Shown here piece by piece: positions 13,450 to 25,889 of a stretch of 64,000 bases of DNA. The notes under the pieces are model-generated. The model did not search any database. It had not been told where the DNA came from and worked only from the letters and a program-made list of their open reading frames with translations. The translations under genes were made by a program, and so were the position numbers. Source of the stretch: Sphyrna mokarran (taxonomy: Eukaryota); NCBI GenBank assembly GCA_024679065.1, contig JAGIQG010000016.1, positions 11,408,001 through 11,472,000 on the forward strand, read 5' to 3'. Positions within the stretch are counted from its first letter, which is position 1, and every line of letters begins with the position of its first letter.

Positions 13450-14350
13450 CAAGTTTGACACAAAGCGTCGAATCTGTGTGTTGCAAGACGTTGACATATG
13501 TAGCAAAAGATCTTTGGGAGATCAAATTTTTGAGATGGAACAGAGGATATGGTCAAATTGCTGGTGCATTTGCGAGAAATAAATGTTATGGATATTCATG
13601 TAGCCTCCGACTTCACAGGCAGTAAAGGAATAGCGGACAGCTAGACTGAGCAGGATGAATAGTCAGGCAGTGCCGGAATCCTTTGTGGTTATTTTCTGCA
13701 AAACGTATATATAGTCTCGGATGCAATTCTATAGAATGTATGTTAGTGGACCATGACAACGGCATAATTCATTGTGTCATGAATGTCCCTATTGAACAGG
13801 AAAAGAATAAAATGTTTAGAAATGCAAGTTTTTGGTTACTGCAAAGAAATGGTAATAGATAAGCGCGTCTCTATCTGCAAAATATGTTCCAGGATGGTGT
13901 TGATGCCTCAATAGTCATGTGTTTAATAATGTTTGGAACGTTTTACAAGACATTGTGATGAGGAAGGCACAGTGGTTCAGATGACATTTGCAAAAAAACA
14001 AAAAATTACAAAACTACATTCAGTTCTAAAAAGCATGTTCATGTTGTGGGGAACGAAGACATGAAACATCATGATCTCAAAATAGCAGCAAGTGGCACAT
14101 GCTAGTCAGAAAAAAAAACACTCTGGGCCAGTAGGAGTCTGGGGTTAGGGTTTAGAATTTGTGGAGCACTATGACTAAATGTCAGGAAGCTGGAAACAAT
14201 ACAGGCTGGACTGGTTAAATTTGGGCAGGAAATGTACTGACCTGTTACCGTGACAATTTTCACGAATGGGTCCATTTTTAACAAGAAAATGGTAGGGAGG
14301 AGTTTACGTTTACGAGGAGTCAAAGGATGGATCAGCAATCAGAAGAATCA
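13450..14350 (+). mobile_element. Degenerate CR1 ORF1 (esterase) region
   Basis: aatagataagcgcgtctc...tccaggatggtgttgatgcctc resembles the CR1 ORF1 DRRFCG...SRMVCCLPG coding region. Confidence 0.55.
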
Positions 14351-15007
14351 AAGTCGGTAAGGGAAATAACGATAATGTTAGGTATCACAGGCCAGAATCA
14401 AACTGGCCAGCAGGAACATGTAGTGGGAAACTGTTAGGTAACGTTTGAAATGCAACATTTAAGTGTTTCACCTTACTGCACATAACATTCACAATCATGG
14501 ATGACTTCATCATGTTAATATATGAAATTTGGTAGAATGTGACTGGTATTAGAAAAGAGTATCCATCGATGGGCAATGGGTTTCCCCTGACAATCAATGA
14601 TTAAGAAAGACAACCAAGAAAGGAAAAGGTGGATCCTCAACTCTGTTTAAAGTGGAATTTAAAACAACAATGAGAAATGATATTAGAAATGATATTCCGA
14701 AGATCTAGAATCAACATGTATAGATCTGCAAACACGAAGTGGAAAAAAAAGATACTCGACAGTTTTATCAAACCCATTACATTCGGTAGAGTATTAAGAA
14801 TTACAACACACGGTATATTCAATATGTATGCATTGTGGAGCAACAATAATTTTAATCTTCTTTCAGATTGGGGAAAACAAGTTGCCACAATACTATATCA
14901 GAATGTTCTTTCTAGAGTTTATGCATTTTTGCTTCCTGAACCAAGAAGTAGAAGAACGAAGTTGAAAACACGGAATCGGCAATTTGTTAATACGTTACTA
15001 CAGAGTT

Positions 15008-15340
15008 TCATCCTAGAATCCTTACATTGCAGAAGGAGGCCATTAGGTCCATTTAGTCTGCAGTAACAATAATTCTACCCAGGGATTATACCCATATCCC
15101 CACATGTTTATCTTGCAGTCCGCTGTAACCTCTGCAACCCGATACCCCACGGGGCAATTTGGTATTGGCCAATAAATGTAACCGCTGTTGGATCTTGGGA
15201 GGAAACCGTAGCACTTGGGAAACAAAAAAAAAACACAGGGAGATCTCGCGAACTTCACACGGACAATGACCAAATTCAGGAATCGAACCCAGTTCTTTGA
15301 TTTGTGAGGCAACAATGCTAAAACATGCCCATTGCACCGC
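15008..15340 (-). mobile_element. HE1-like V-SINE (tRNA head, V-domain, CR1-derived tail)
   Basis: gggaggaaaccg...aatcgaaccc...gtgaggcaacaatgctaa is the reverse complement of the B box and V-domain. Confidence 0.8.
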
Positions 15341-15429
15341 TTGGTACCTTTGCGCTTGTTTTCAGATGGAAGAAGGTGGAATATAATTTATCTGTGCTCC
15401 CTGGGCTCCTTCAATTTGCTGGCTGCATG

Positions 15430-16860
15430 CATCAAACAGCGTTTTTTGTAGACAGTGTCAACAGACAGAAGAGGACAAAATTGCTGAGAATGCTCTAATC
15501 TGAAAACAAACAAAAAAAAACAGGAAAATATCAACATGATTGGCAGAATCAGTAAAGAGAAAACATAGCTGACGTTTGGAATCCAGCTGACGCTTTGTTC
15601 CTTGGCCAAATTTATTCCTTTGACGCCACTTCTCCAATTGGTGTCTCTAACATGTGTTGCTTCTCCCCAACGATATTCCCCACGTTCGGTTGTTGACAAT
15701 GATCACAATAGTGTCCCGACTCTCACACCCTCGCTTCCCTTCCAGCACAAGGATAGAATGCCCCTTGTTCTCACGTTGGATACCATTAGGCTCTGAATGC
15801 AAATCAAAATATTTCGACATTTTTGACAACTCCGTGTGATGCCACCATTAAACATAATTTTCCTTCAGTCCCTCTGTCAGCATTCCACTGTGATCTTTCC
15901 CAACGGTATAACTTAATCCACAACTCCACTATACTTAAGATCTCTCCCATCACTCATGACATCTGTCCATGCAATCGCAGAAGGTGCAACATATGCCTCT
16001 TTATTTTTTCTACCCAGTTTTTTTTCCCGTGTCCAAAACACTAATTCCAATATTACCAACGTTTCAGTCGTTCATCTTTCAATTTGGTCTATCGCATTTG
16101 CGGTTCCCAATAGTACCAATGTTGGGCAGACGAAATGAAACAGGATGATGGGTTTGTTGAACACTATCTCTCGGCAGGCAATCATGGCCCTGACCTTCTC
16201 CTTGCTTGCCATTTTAACGCAGGGTCCGGCTGATATACCCGCATGTGAATCCTTGGCTTGCTGCAATGTTCTAGTGAAGCTCGATAGAAACTAGAGGAAA
16301 TGCACTTCATCTACAGGGGAGGCATGTTAGAGCATTCCGATATCAAAATCGAATTTGACGAAATCAGATGGTTGGTTCTTCAGCAACATTTCACATTTTG
16401 TTTTCATTTCATTTACGTTTTAAAAGTCGTTAATTTTAGTTTTGATTGTCTTCCTTGATGTTTCCCTTCCATCAAATATTTCCACTCTTTGCCTCCATCT
16501 CTTACACTTTCTCCAGCTATGCTTCCATTTTCATTTTATTTGCTGAATTTGAACACAGCTTACTCATATCCCCACCTCCCGACATATTGTAATTTGTCAC
16601 AGCTTTCACTTTGAGCTTTCCTGTTGTTTGACAATTCACAGTTTCTATTTGCTGGATGGACAGCTATTGACACCCCTTAGCCTTTCACAAAGTTGTTCCA
16701 CCTATAACTCACCTTTGATTCAGATGCCCTACAACTCAGAATTTTTACGCCTTTTAGCTTTGAAAAAGAAAGGTGTCATCTGGTTGGAAACCTCTTTTTT
16801 TTCACTTTACAGATGTCGCCTGGCCTGCCGAAGGTTTACATCTTTTTTTTTGCCTTTTGT
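15430..16860 (+). mobile_element. Penelope-like element 3' part (GIY-YIG region) with inverted terminal segments
   Basis: HKDRMPLVLT and VGQTK remnants in the ORF track; 15500-15590 is roughly complementary to 16760-16860. Confidence 0.7.
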
Positions 16861-16949
16861 ATTAAATTGATGGGAATATGGTTGGTTTGATGAACGGGCC
16901 ATTCACAAGTTTTAATTCATTTTTTTTTCGGTCTTGGTTAGAGCACGAA

Positions 16950-17760
16950 CCAAGGTGTGATATATCCAAAGTGATGCGTTCTTTGGCCCATCTCCGAACC
17001 TTCATCAAACTTGTAGCAGGCATACCGAATCTCCTTCAAATACTAAGAAATTAAGACTAGGTACACTTTTTTTTTAATTCTTAAATTGGCTTGAATTGGC
17101 AAAGACAAATTCTTGTTGATTTGGCCCCTAAATACTGCAAGCTCTCTCCAAGTTTTGCTGCTTCCTGTTGATGTAAAAAAGAATATTTTCTCCACTAAAT
17201 TTCCTGAGGTTTTTGACTATCTGCTAAAGTGTCGTTTAATGACATTGTGGGAGACGTCATTGCCAACACACTAATTCACCAGGCGTTCTATATCTTTCTT
17301 CAATTCTGCTTTATAATTTGTGATACGGACTGACCAATTATGGTGGTGCCATCAATTTTTGACATTCGATTTGCTGTAGAATTTGGCCACACAATGAAAG
17401 TTGCTTCAGGAGTAGGAAGGGGGCTGAGGACACCATCTTGTGGATAACAATAATGGCGGAATTGTAGTTGTCTATCAATATGAATGTTGACCAGTGGATT
17501 AGGAAGACTTAGATTCAGTTCATAGGGAACAAAAACTATATCCACAGTGCTAACACTCAGTTTGAGCATCATCTTGCACTTATCACGATCTTATGGAAAG
17601 TCTGACGTTCAGAGTTGCAAAGTCTTCTGAGCAGCAATGCAAATTGAAATAATCTTGGAGTTTTTACCCTCACTGTTCATAGATGGAGATTACCACTGTT
17701 GGTGATACGAGGTATGAACAGAAGATCATGGTGGCACTAGTATTATAGGTCAGCACACAT
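16950..17760 (-). mobile_element. Rex1/Babar-like retrotransposon RT fragment
   Basis: ORF 17300-17572(-) PQDGVLSPL...SKIDGTTIIG matches the pattern PQGCVLSPLL...KFADDTTVVG. Confidence 0.65.
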
Positions 17761-18219
17761 AATTCTTTATGAAATTATAATTTCTAATGGAAACAAGGGT
17801 TGCATGGGTTTCGGTGTAGTCAACACGTTTCCTACATTTCTTCATGACCTTACGAGAATAATCAATTTTACTCAAGCTTGCACAATTATTAAACGAGGCG
17901 AGGTGTAATGTTAACCTCCGAAAAAAGAGTGAAACAAATCGGATGGAAATGAGGGAAAATGAAAATAATTATCAACCACATTGCTGAGGTTGATCATTTG
18001 ATGTGTACATTCCCGTCTGTAGCTATGCAATACTTGAGAATCACGCAAAAAAAATGAATTATTAGTATTTTACAGTCGATTGTTAAATGCATCAAAAAGC
18101 TGGAGGGTCTTCCTATCATTCCATTTTCTTTTTCTTCATTTTGTGGTTTAACGTAAGAAATGAGAGTCAAACGCACATGGAAGTCTAATTTAACATCAGT
18201 TCATTTAAATTGTTTATAG

Positions 18220-18255
18220 AGTTAAAGGAACTCGGAGAAGGACTGGCAAATAAAG
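18220..18255 (+). CDS. 36-nt phase-1 micro-exon ELKELGEGLANK
   Basis: ttgtttatag|AGTTAA...ATAAAG|gttaaa; fits the 36-nt class pattern E-L/I-x-x-L-x-x-x-L-x-D/N-K. Confidence 0.7.
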
Positions 18256-18555
18256 GTTAAAACGAGTTTTTGATTAATATAACTTGAATGTCGTGTTCAC
18301 TGTTTCTGAGCATGTGATTTATATAGTGATAGCACACGAAGGAAGGAAGTGAATGAAATATTATGTTGGATTAGCATTCTGCAAGGGAAAGAAAAAAGTA
18401 TTTTATTTAACTTGGGCCATTATCTGTCACCCATAACCTCAGTCAGGAAACAGATACATCAATCGCACATTCTGTACAAATATAATTGCATAAAACTCTG
18501 GAAATACCGTTACTGCTCTGTGTCACCATGTAGACCCTACCATTATCTTTGACAG

Positions 18556-18579
18556 AAATAGATTTCACTGTCCTAACCA
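18556..18579 (+). CDS. candidate 24-nt phase-1 micro-exon EIDFTVLT
   Basis: ttatctttgacag|AAATAG...TAACCA|gtaagg. Confidence 0.45.
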
Positions 18580-18899
18580 GTAAGGGCGCATTGTTCGAGC
18601 GGCAGGGTTTGCTGAATGGGATTTGATCTCTTTGCGAACATATTGCACCAGCTTTTGGTTCAAACTATTTTCTCTCATAGTAAATCGACGTTATAGCAGA
18701 CTTCTTACCATGTTTCTCTTTGAGTCAGAGCAGTGACATCTGAGAAAACGATGGGTATTTCCGCATGAATTTGCAAAGTGTTTCCAAACATTGAAGAGTT
18801 TTTTTTATTCCAGAGGTAATCACTTCTGCAATTTCGGGAACTGAGAACAATCTCAGGAATGTCATCCAAACAATCTCAGGTTCATTTCTTCATTATCAT

Positions 18900-21100
18900 T
18901 AGAGTCCTGTCGTGAAAGAACAAATCGTGATATCGTTTTGAAGAATAAGGCAAAACTTGAAATTGAATTGATGTTGGGGGACGACGTTGAGACCGTAGTT
19001 CCACTAATTTTAAATTTTTATCGGAAGATGCAAAACTGGTACACTGGTGCAAATCTAAATTCGGGCAAGATGAAACGTAATTAAATTAGGCAGGAAATTG
19101 GAAAGGCTGCCAGAAGTAGCCTGAATGATGCCAAAGTGAGTTCTTAAACAAGTGAAATATCAAGAGGTCAGGGTCCATATGTTCATTTTGGCTTGAAGGG
19201 CAATGCTTGCAGGATTAGGGAACTATGGATGACCACATAATGAGGCTTTTGTCAGGGAAAAAAAAAACATGTGTCATGGCTCAAAAAGCAAAAGCTGGAC
19301 TCGTGGAATTCCCTGGTGAAGGAGAAATGATATAGGAATGGTCTCAAGAAGGAAATTAGAAGGACAACAGGGTGCACTATTTAACAATACCTGAGACCAT
19401 TATTGTGAATCAAAAGAGATAAATTAAGTAGAACAAAGAAAGTAAAATAAGTCGATTTGCAATCTGTTCCCTCAAAGATCACAGCTGACACATATGTTTA
19501 ACTACTGCAGACAGGAGAGGTTTTCAATAAATATCTCTCCACTATGATAATCATGAAAAAAAAAATGACATGACAACTTTGACACCTGAAAAAATTAGTG
19601 ACGATATATTCGGAAGAGTTTACAGTAGAGAAAGTGATGGGCGTATCAACATATATGAACTTGGATGAATATCCTAACCCCGCTAGGTATATCCAGGAGC
19701 ACTGCATGAGGCTAGAAAAGACATTGCATGGGACCTGACTTAGAATCAACATTAGCCATGGATGAGAAACCAACCAGAAAAGAATGAAGTAACACATGTT
19801 GCGTCCTTATTTAAGAAGGCCTAGAAAGAAAAAAAAAAAGAATTATTGACTGATAAGCTTAACAATGTGATGGGTAATTAATTAGAGAGGATTCTGAGGG
19901 ATAGGGTGTACAGTCATTTGTAAAGACAGGGTTCGACTAGGGTTTTCTTACAGTTAACAAGTATGTTGATGAGAGAAGGGTGGTAGACATACTCTGTACA
20001 GACCTTAGCAAGACATTTGATATAATTCTACATGGTGGGCTGCTCCAGAAGATAGGATCCCATGGAATCTCGGGAGAACTAATAAATAGGACATACAATT
20101 GATCGATGGTCGAAAGCTGAAAATTATGGTGAAAGGATGCTTTTCACACTGGTGGCCTGTGACGCGTCGTGTGCCACAGAGGTCAGGATTGGGTCCATTG
20201 CAGTTTGTTATCTGTGTCAACTATTTTTATGGAAATCTATTGGGCATAAAGAGTGTGTTTGCAGATGACATAAATGTAGCTGGTACTTTCGAAAGTGTGG
20301 TGTGTTATCAAACGTCTTACCAGGATCTAGATCAGCTGGGCAAGTAAACTGAAACATAGCTAATGAATATCAATAAAGTTAAGTATGGGAAGTTGCATTT
20401 CGTAAATTAAAGGTAGAATTTTCACAGTGAACACCAGGCCCTTGAGGGAGTATTATTGAACACCGTGGGGTTGGAATTCAAGTGTACAGTTGTCTAAAGT
20501 TGGAGTTTCAGGTAGATAGGGCAGTGAAGTTTCCTAGTCTTCATCAGTGATGGTATTAAGTATAGAAGTTGCACAATGAGGTTACAGATGTATTGTTTTC
20601 TGACGAGGCCGCATCTTGCGTAATTTGTGTTTTTTTTTCATTTTTGGTTGACTCGCAACAGGAAACGTATAAGAAACATGGAGAGATTGCGAAAGAGATT
20701 TACCAATACTTTGCAAGGATTGAAGTGATTATGATACAAGGAAAAATTGGCAGGGTAGTAATTTTGTAAAGTCATGAGACGCATAGATGAGATGAATGCA
20801 CGTATTTTTTTTTTCTTTCCCGATGGGAAAATCGTCAAATAGGGGGCAGAGTTTAATTTTAGAAGGTAACGTGAAGTGCAAATCCTTTAGACAGAGACAG
20901 GCCGTGTGTGCAATGAGCTGCCACAGGAAACCGGAGCAAGAAAATTGACAGCATTTAAAAGGGATTTAGATTGATACATGGAAAAGTGAAGTTTAAAAGG
21001 ACATGGACCAAAAGAGTTTATCGCAGATCGGCTTTTTGGTTGGCATGTGCCAACTTGGACCGAATAAGGTGTTTCCCTTCTATAGGTTCTATGATTCATA
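18900..21100 (+). mobile_element. Degenerate CR1 LINE (ORF2 and 3' tail)
   Basis: ORF 20099-20347 VTRRVPQRSGLGPLQF...FADD; ttctatgattc tail ~21090. Confidence 0.85.
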
Positions 21101-21155
21101 AAATAGCAACAAAATAATCATCTGCTATTGATGCTATCTCATAATTTATGTTCAG

Positions 21156-21173
21156 CGCAGGAGACTCATGTAG
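21156..21173 (+). CDS. candidate 18-nt phase-1 micro-exon (x)QETHV
   Basis: tttatgttcag|CGCAGG...ATGTAG|gtaact. Confidence 0.4.
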   Translation, partial: RRRLM

Positions 21174-21442
21174 GTAACTCAAAGATTTACATGCAGATCG
21201 ATTTACACAACTGAGATTTATTAAGCAAGATCATCAAGGCATTTATTCTGGCAACAATATTTATCTACATTATCTGTGCCTGCATGCTGTTTCAAAATCT
21301 GGAGGTTATGATATTAATAAGTTGTTGCTTTCAATTAAATAATACGTATTTAAGCATTTTTTTCCCAAAATTGTCATTACTTTTGTTCATTAGATATTGC
21401 ACCTGATTTTTAGTCAGTTTTTCATGAAATGATTTATTGTAG

Positions 21443-21469
21443 AGAATGAACAGAGTCCTCATGAAAAAC
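21443..21469 (+). CDS. 27-nt phase-1 micro-exon (x)NEQSPHEK
   Basis: tttattgtag|AGAATG...AAAAAC|gtaagt. Confidence 0.8.
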
Positions 21470-21591
21470 GTAAGTATATGCATTTATTTTAAGTTTGGCT
21501 TCTAATTTTGCCTTGAAACAACAATATATTTTTATATTTGTTCTCCGTTTCGACTGGATCGACTTCATTTTTTAATCATTATTGTCCATAG

Positions 21592-21618
21592 ACGAAGACT
21601 TGGACAAAAAATACAAAG
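21592..21618 (+). CDS. 27-nt phase-1 micro-exon HEDLDKKYK
   Basis: attgtccatag|ACGAAG...ACAAAG|gtgaga. Confidence 0.8.
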
Positions 21619-22215
21619 GTGAGAAAACTTATTTCAAACAGTAACAGGATGCTCCATCTGCATTTCTCGGTTTGACTGAAAAACTCAGACTTGATATTCT
21701 CGACACAATATTAGATGTGTTAACTCAGCTGTACTGTTCCATTTCAATGTGAAAATTGGAAAGGTGGATTGAAACACAGAGCAGCAGATAGCCTAGCATG
21801 TACTTATGGAAAGAAATGTAGAATTTGCATTACATTGCCGACTGGAGAATTACAGAGACCTGTTTTGGTCCCCGTCCGAAAGTGCCAGGTGATTTTATTG
21901 GTGGCAGCAAAGCGGAAGTCAACTGTATTGAGGTTCCAAGAATGAACGTTTGTTTTACAATGTAAAAGTCAAAACGGTGGCACAGGGGTTAGCGCTACTG
22001 ACTCACATTGAATGTCTCTGTGCACCGGATTTGTAAACTCCTGATAATGCATGTTCCTTACTTTACAAATATCAGTTCAAAATTCATATCAATATGTCAG
22101 CGGACTTGTGCGTGCAAAACGAATTGATGTACCAAGGTATTTCGTTTCGGCACAGCCAAGTGATTATTATTGTTCCAATGCTGATAAGTTCCAATTCATA
22201 ATTGTTTCCTTTCAG

Positions 22216-22242
22216 AACTCGAGAATCTTGTTGAGAAATTGG
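22216..22242 (+). CDS. 27-nt phase-1 micro-exon ELENLVEKL
   Basis: tgtttcctttcag|AACTCG...AATTGG|gtaagt. Confidence 0.85.
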
Positions 22243-22799
22243 GTAAGTAGCATATTGTAATTCCCTCGCAGCGGAGAGTAGTACTCTACAGTGTAGTAAA
22301 ATATGTATTTGTAATCAAAACACGCCAAGAGAATTTAATGCACACACACAGAAAAAAAAAATGTTCAACAAACACATGAATGATTACAGTGTTAATATTC
22401 GACAGGATATGTTCCGAAACGTATTCGCCATGTTACATTTACGCTAACTCTCATTGATGGGGCTGTACATGATCGTTTCTTCGCACATTTTATATCTTTC
22501 TAACCTAATTTACATACTATTTCACCCGTCTTTTTATCCTTCAAGGAATATGAATCGAGTTTGTAATGCACAAATGTGATTAATAAGTCAGCTTCGCTCT
22601 GATGATAATACGTGAAATATAATGTTTTAGTAAACAATCAGCGTCAGCAAATGTTTGAGAGCGTGGCTACAAAAATGGCGCACTAAGCCTAAAGAGAAAA
22701 CTACCGTAAATGTTAACTATACAAAAAAGAGACATAAATGATGGTTGCTCCTTCTGTGCTAAATTGGATTTTTTAAATATAGGACGACATGGGGCTCTG

Positions 22800-23020
22800 G
22801 CAATAAAGTGCAGTGCGGTTTGCGTTGCTGCCAAACAATACCTGTGACACAAGTCAGATTCTTTGTGGGTCTCACTTTGTGCCTTATCTGCACACCCTTC
22901 CCATGTGTGTGTATGTTTCCGGTGATTAGATATGCTCCCTTATACAGTGCTAAAGGCGTTCTGATTGGATGCATTAGGTATGCTAATTCTACCCAAGAGT
23001 TTACGAAAGCTCTGGGGTGT
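22800..23020 (+). mobile_element. Degenerate V-SINE
   Basis: gtgcagtgcggtttgcgttgctgcc head and tgcacacccttcccatgtgtgtg...gctaaaggcg core remnants. Confidence 0.5.
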
Positions 23021-23394
23021 AGAAATGACAGACTTTTCACAGTAACTAAAATTGAGAATAAATGAAAGTCGACTTGTGACACCAATAACGAAAGTGACAT
23101 ATTTAAAACGTTGAATGCACAATAATGTTTTAATAGATTCAATACATGAAAACACTTGCCAAAATGTTGGGGAATCCTTGGTCAGGCAGACGGATTCTGA
23201 CTAAGTAAATAATACAGTCCCTATAGAATAAACATGTGTGCAGTAACTGAACGACTTTCAAAAGTATGTCTTTAGATGCTATGTGGTCTTTGGCTGATGC
23301 TTGCGAACTAAGGAGAATCTACTGTGGAAAAAAAAGTGGATTAATCAGTCGAGTAATAGGAACGTGAGTAAATATGGAAACGTTATTGCTCCAG

Positions 23395-23421
23395 ATGATA
23401 ACCAATCGGAATGCACATAAC
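23395..23421 (+). pseudogene. 27-nt-class exon DDNQSECT* with in-frame TAA (dead or terminal exon)
   Basis: ttgctccag|AT GAT AAC...TGC ACA TAA aligns codon for codon with exon 33973 (AT GAT AAG...TGC TTG AAA). Confidence 0.4.
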
Positions 23422-23999
23422 CTCAAGTGAGCTGCAAGTATGGGCTCCATGTTTCACGACCTACTTTGCATAGTTTAAATTGTTGTCTCAAAATTGTTGT
23501 CAGAAGACTGTTTTTGCATCGACATTAATATGGGCTTGTGCTTCCACATACACCATAAGATAGCCAAACAAATCTTCTGTTGATACAATTTTTCTGAACA
23601 AAACTGAGAAACGCGCAAAGAAAAAAAAATCTGCTGTTATCGGACAGCAAATTTACTGAAATTGGGTACACAATATGGAAGCAGGCTAAAATTTCACTCA
23701 GTGCCTCCCACTGAAGGTCACAAAAGAACAAGCACAGACTAGCAGGCAACATGCTTTTAGAGTGCAAATGAAGGCTAGCACAGAAAGGGAACAGGACAGA
23801 ATGGCACCTATAGTAACTAAATTAAAAAGCGCATCCCCATTCTACGAAATCGGCATCTCTGATCTAATCAAACCACCCTCTATGGAGACACCTAAAGATT
23901 AGCATATCTAAGGAAGTTATCCCTGGCGCCTCATACTTACTGAGAATAGTCACACACCCATTGTTCAAACCCCGGAGATTCTAGATCTCTAAAAGCTCG

Positions 24000-24350
24000 T
24001 CAGACAGAAACGATTAATATATACTTAAACCCATCGTTACAAAAAAAAGACATCGAAACAGGATGATCAAAGTCGAATCTGTAAATAAAACATTGGCATT
24101 TGAATTGTACAATGCAGTTCAGGTATAACTGCAGCCTATTGCGGCGGATCTTTCGAATGCTTTCCGGACATTTCGGTGTGTATGTCCTGACTGCACCTCC
24201 GTCGACGTAAAGAAAAATAAAGTTGTACCGTTGTTGAACTTGACCTTGAGTCCGTATGGTCGTTTCGCCCACTCGTGCTAACAATGCACCTATGATACGT
24301 AACTTGCTGACAACTTTGTCTAAACGTGTGATATATTGGCACATACAATA
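24000..24350 (-). mobile_element. Possible Penelope-like fragment
   Basis: ORF 24000-24344(-) NCIVQFKCQC resembles the start of a Penelope GIY-YIG domain; weak. Confidence 0.3.
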
Positions 24351-24729
24351 ATGGGAGTGTTTGGCAGTGCCAACGTAAATTTATAAAATTTAAGCGATTG
24401 TGTTGAAAACGTTAGCCTGCTTTGATTTTCCCATAAGTGAGCAGAATCAATCCATATGGTGCATTTTCACTTTCAAACAATCTTAACTGAAGATTTCGAC
24501 TTAACAGTGTGATTATGATTGAAGTGACTGCCAACATAGAAATTTCCAGAATAAATTGTTACAGAATAAATAATTTATTCTTATTCATACAGGTCACGAT
24601 GAAGTGCAAATTGGAGAGATCAGTTCTTGACCACAGATATGCATAATTTGTAACAATAATATAGAGTTATGGCAAAATATATTATCTCGAAACATTTTGC
24701 CGGCAACTAATGTGTTGCTTACATGCTTT

Positions 24730-25062
24730 GAAGGAAAACAATGAAAGAGTTCTTAAAAGGATCTGAACCATAACGTGCTAATTTCATAGGATGTTTTGAC
24801 AAGACAGAATAACTTTGCCCATCCCACGTGCGCGACTAAGGACGCATTGAAGGAAAACAATGGAAGAATTTTTAAAAGGATCTTAACATAAGATGCTAAT
24901 TTCTTAGGATGTAGTGAAAAGACTTTACAATTTTATTCATCCAGTGGCATTGCAGGAATACAATGGAAGAGTTCTTCAAAGGATCTTAACCGTATGATGC
25001 AAATTTCATAGGATGTAGTAACAAGATTTGACATTTTTGCCCGTCCAGCTTGTGTGACTAAG
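24730..25062. repeat. Diverged tandem repeat, about 3 copies of ~105-120 bp
   Basis: g(a/c)aggaa(a/t)acaatg...aaaggatct...aatttc(a/t)taggatgt recurs at ~24730, ~24849 and ~24952. Confidence 0.9.
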
Positions 25063-25561
25063 TTATTAGGACATGATTGAAGTAACAAAGATCTTCCTGC
25101 CTTGTGACCATAGACAGAATTTTTCGAATTCATCAAAAGGCTTGTATCAGCCTTGTAATTGTTAACAGTTGAATCTCCTCAGCTTGCTCAGGTTATTAAA
25201 AAAAATGAAGACTGATCACTTTTTCAGAGAAGTAGTTTTCCATTCAAAGTGTAAAACACGAGTGTTGTTTTATCCTCCAATTTTATGCTTTAGTCCGAGG
25301 CACCCCGATTAGGACACGGCATATAAGCCCAGTATTTTCACTGCAGTTCGAATCCAGAAATTCATATCATTCCCAATTAATCGTGAAAGAGCACATTAGC
25401 TTAAATTCGAAATTAAACATCTTATCGTAACCATAAACCGATTGTTGACATTTGTAAAAATACAGAACGTTCATTCACGGCATTGGCCGACGTAGAAGTA
25501 CCACATTTACTTCGTTGACACCAGATTCACAACGATGTGCCTGACCTTTATGTTCCCTCGG

Positions 25562-25663
25562 AAATAGTCTGACAAAGCTTTTAGTTCGAGAGGAAATGGG
25601 AATGCTTTTCCATAGTCTGACAAATAGTCTGACAAAGCTTTTAGTTCGAGAGGAAATGGGAAT
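25562..25663. repeat. Direct duplication, 42 identical bp at 60-bp spacing
   Basis: aaatagtctgacaaagcttttagttcgagaggaaatgggaat at 25562 and 25622. Confidence 0.95.
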
Positions 25664-25889
25664 ATATCTGGTATGACTGTTGCTTGACGCCCATCTCCCA
25701 CGAAAACGAGAAACCCCTCAATATGTGTCTACATATATTCCGAAAAACACTTTCCAAGAATATTTTCACTGGTATTTCTGAATTCCCCGGCGGGAAAAAA
25801 AGAGATTTTTTTCCCACTTTTTAAGCTCTCTAAAACATGGCTATTAGATTGTTTGAATCTCCATTGAGGTTGACCAGTACGGTAAGTAC

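Noticed and set aside
24730-25663. CRISPR-like array
   Set aside because: Eukaryotic context; the repeats are tandem duplications without unique spacers
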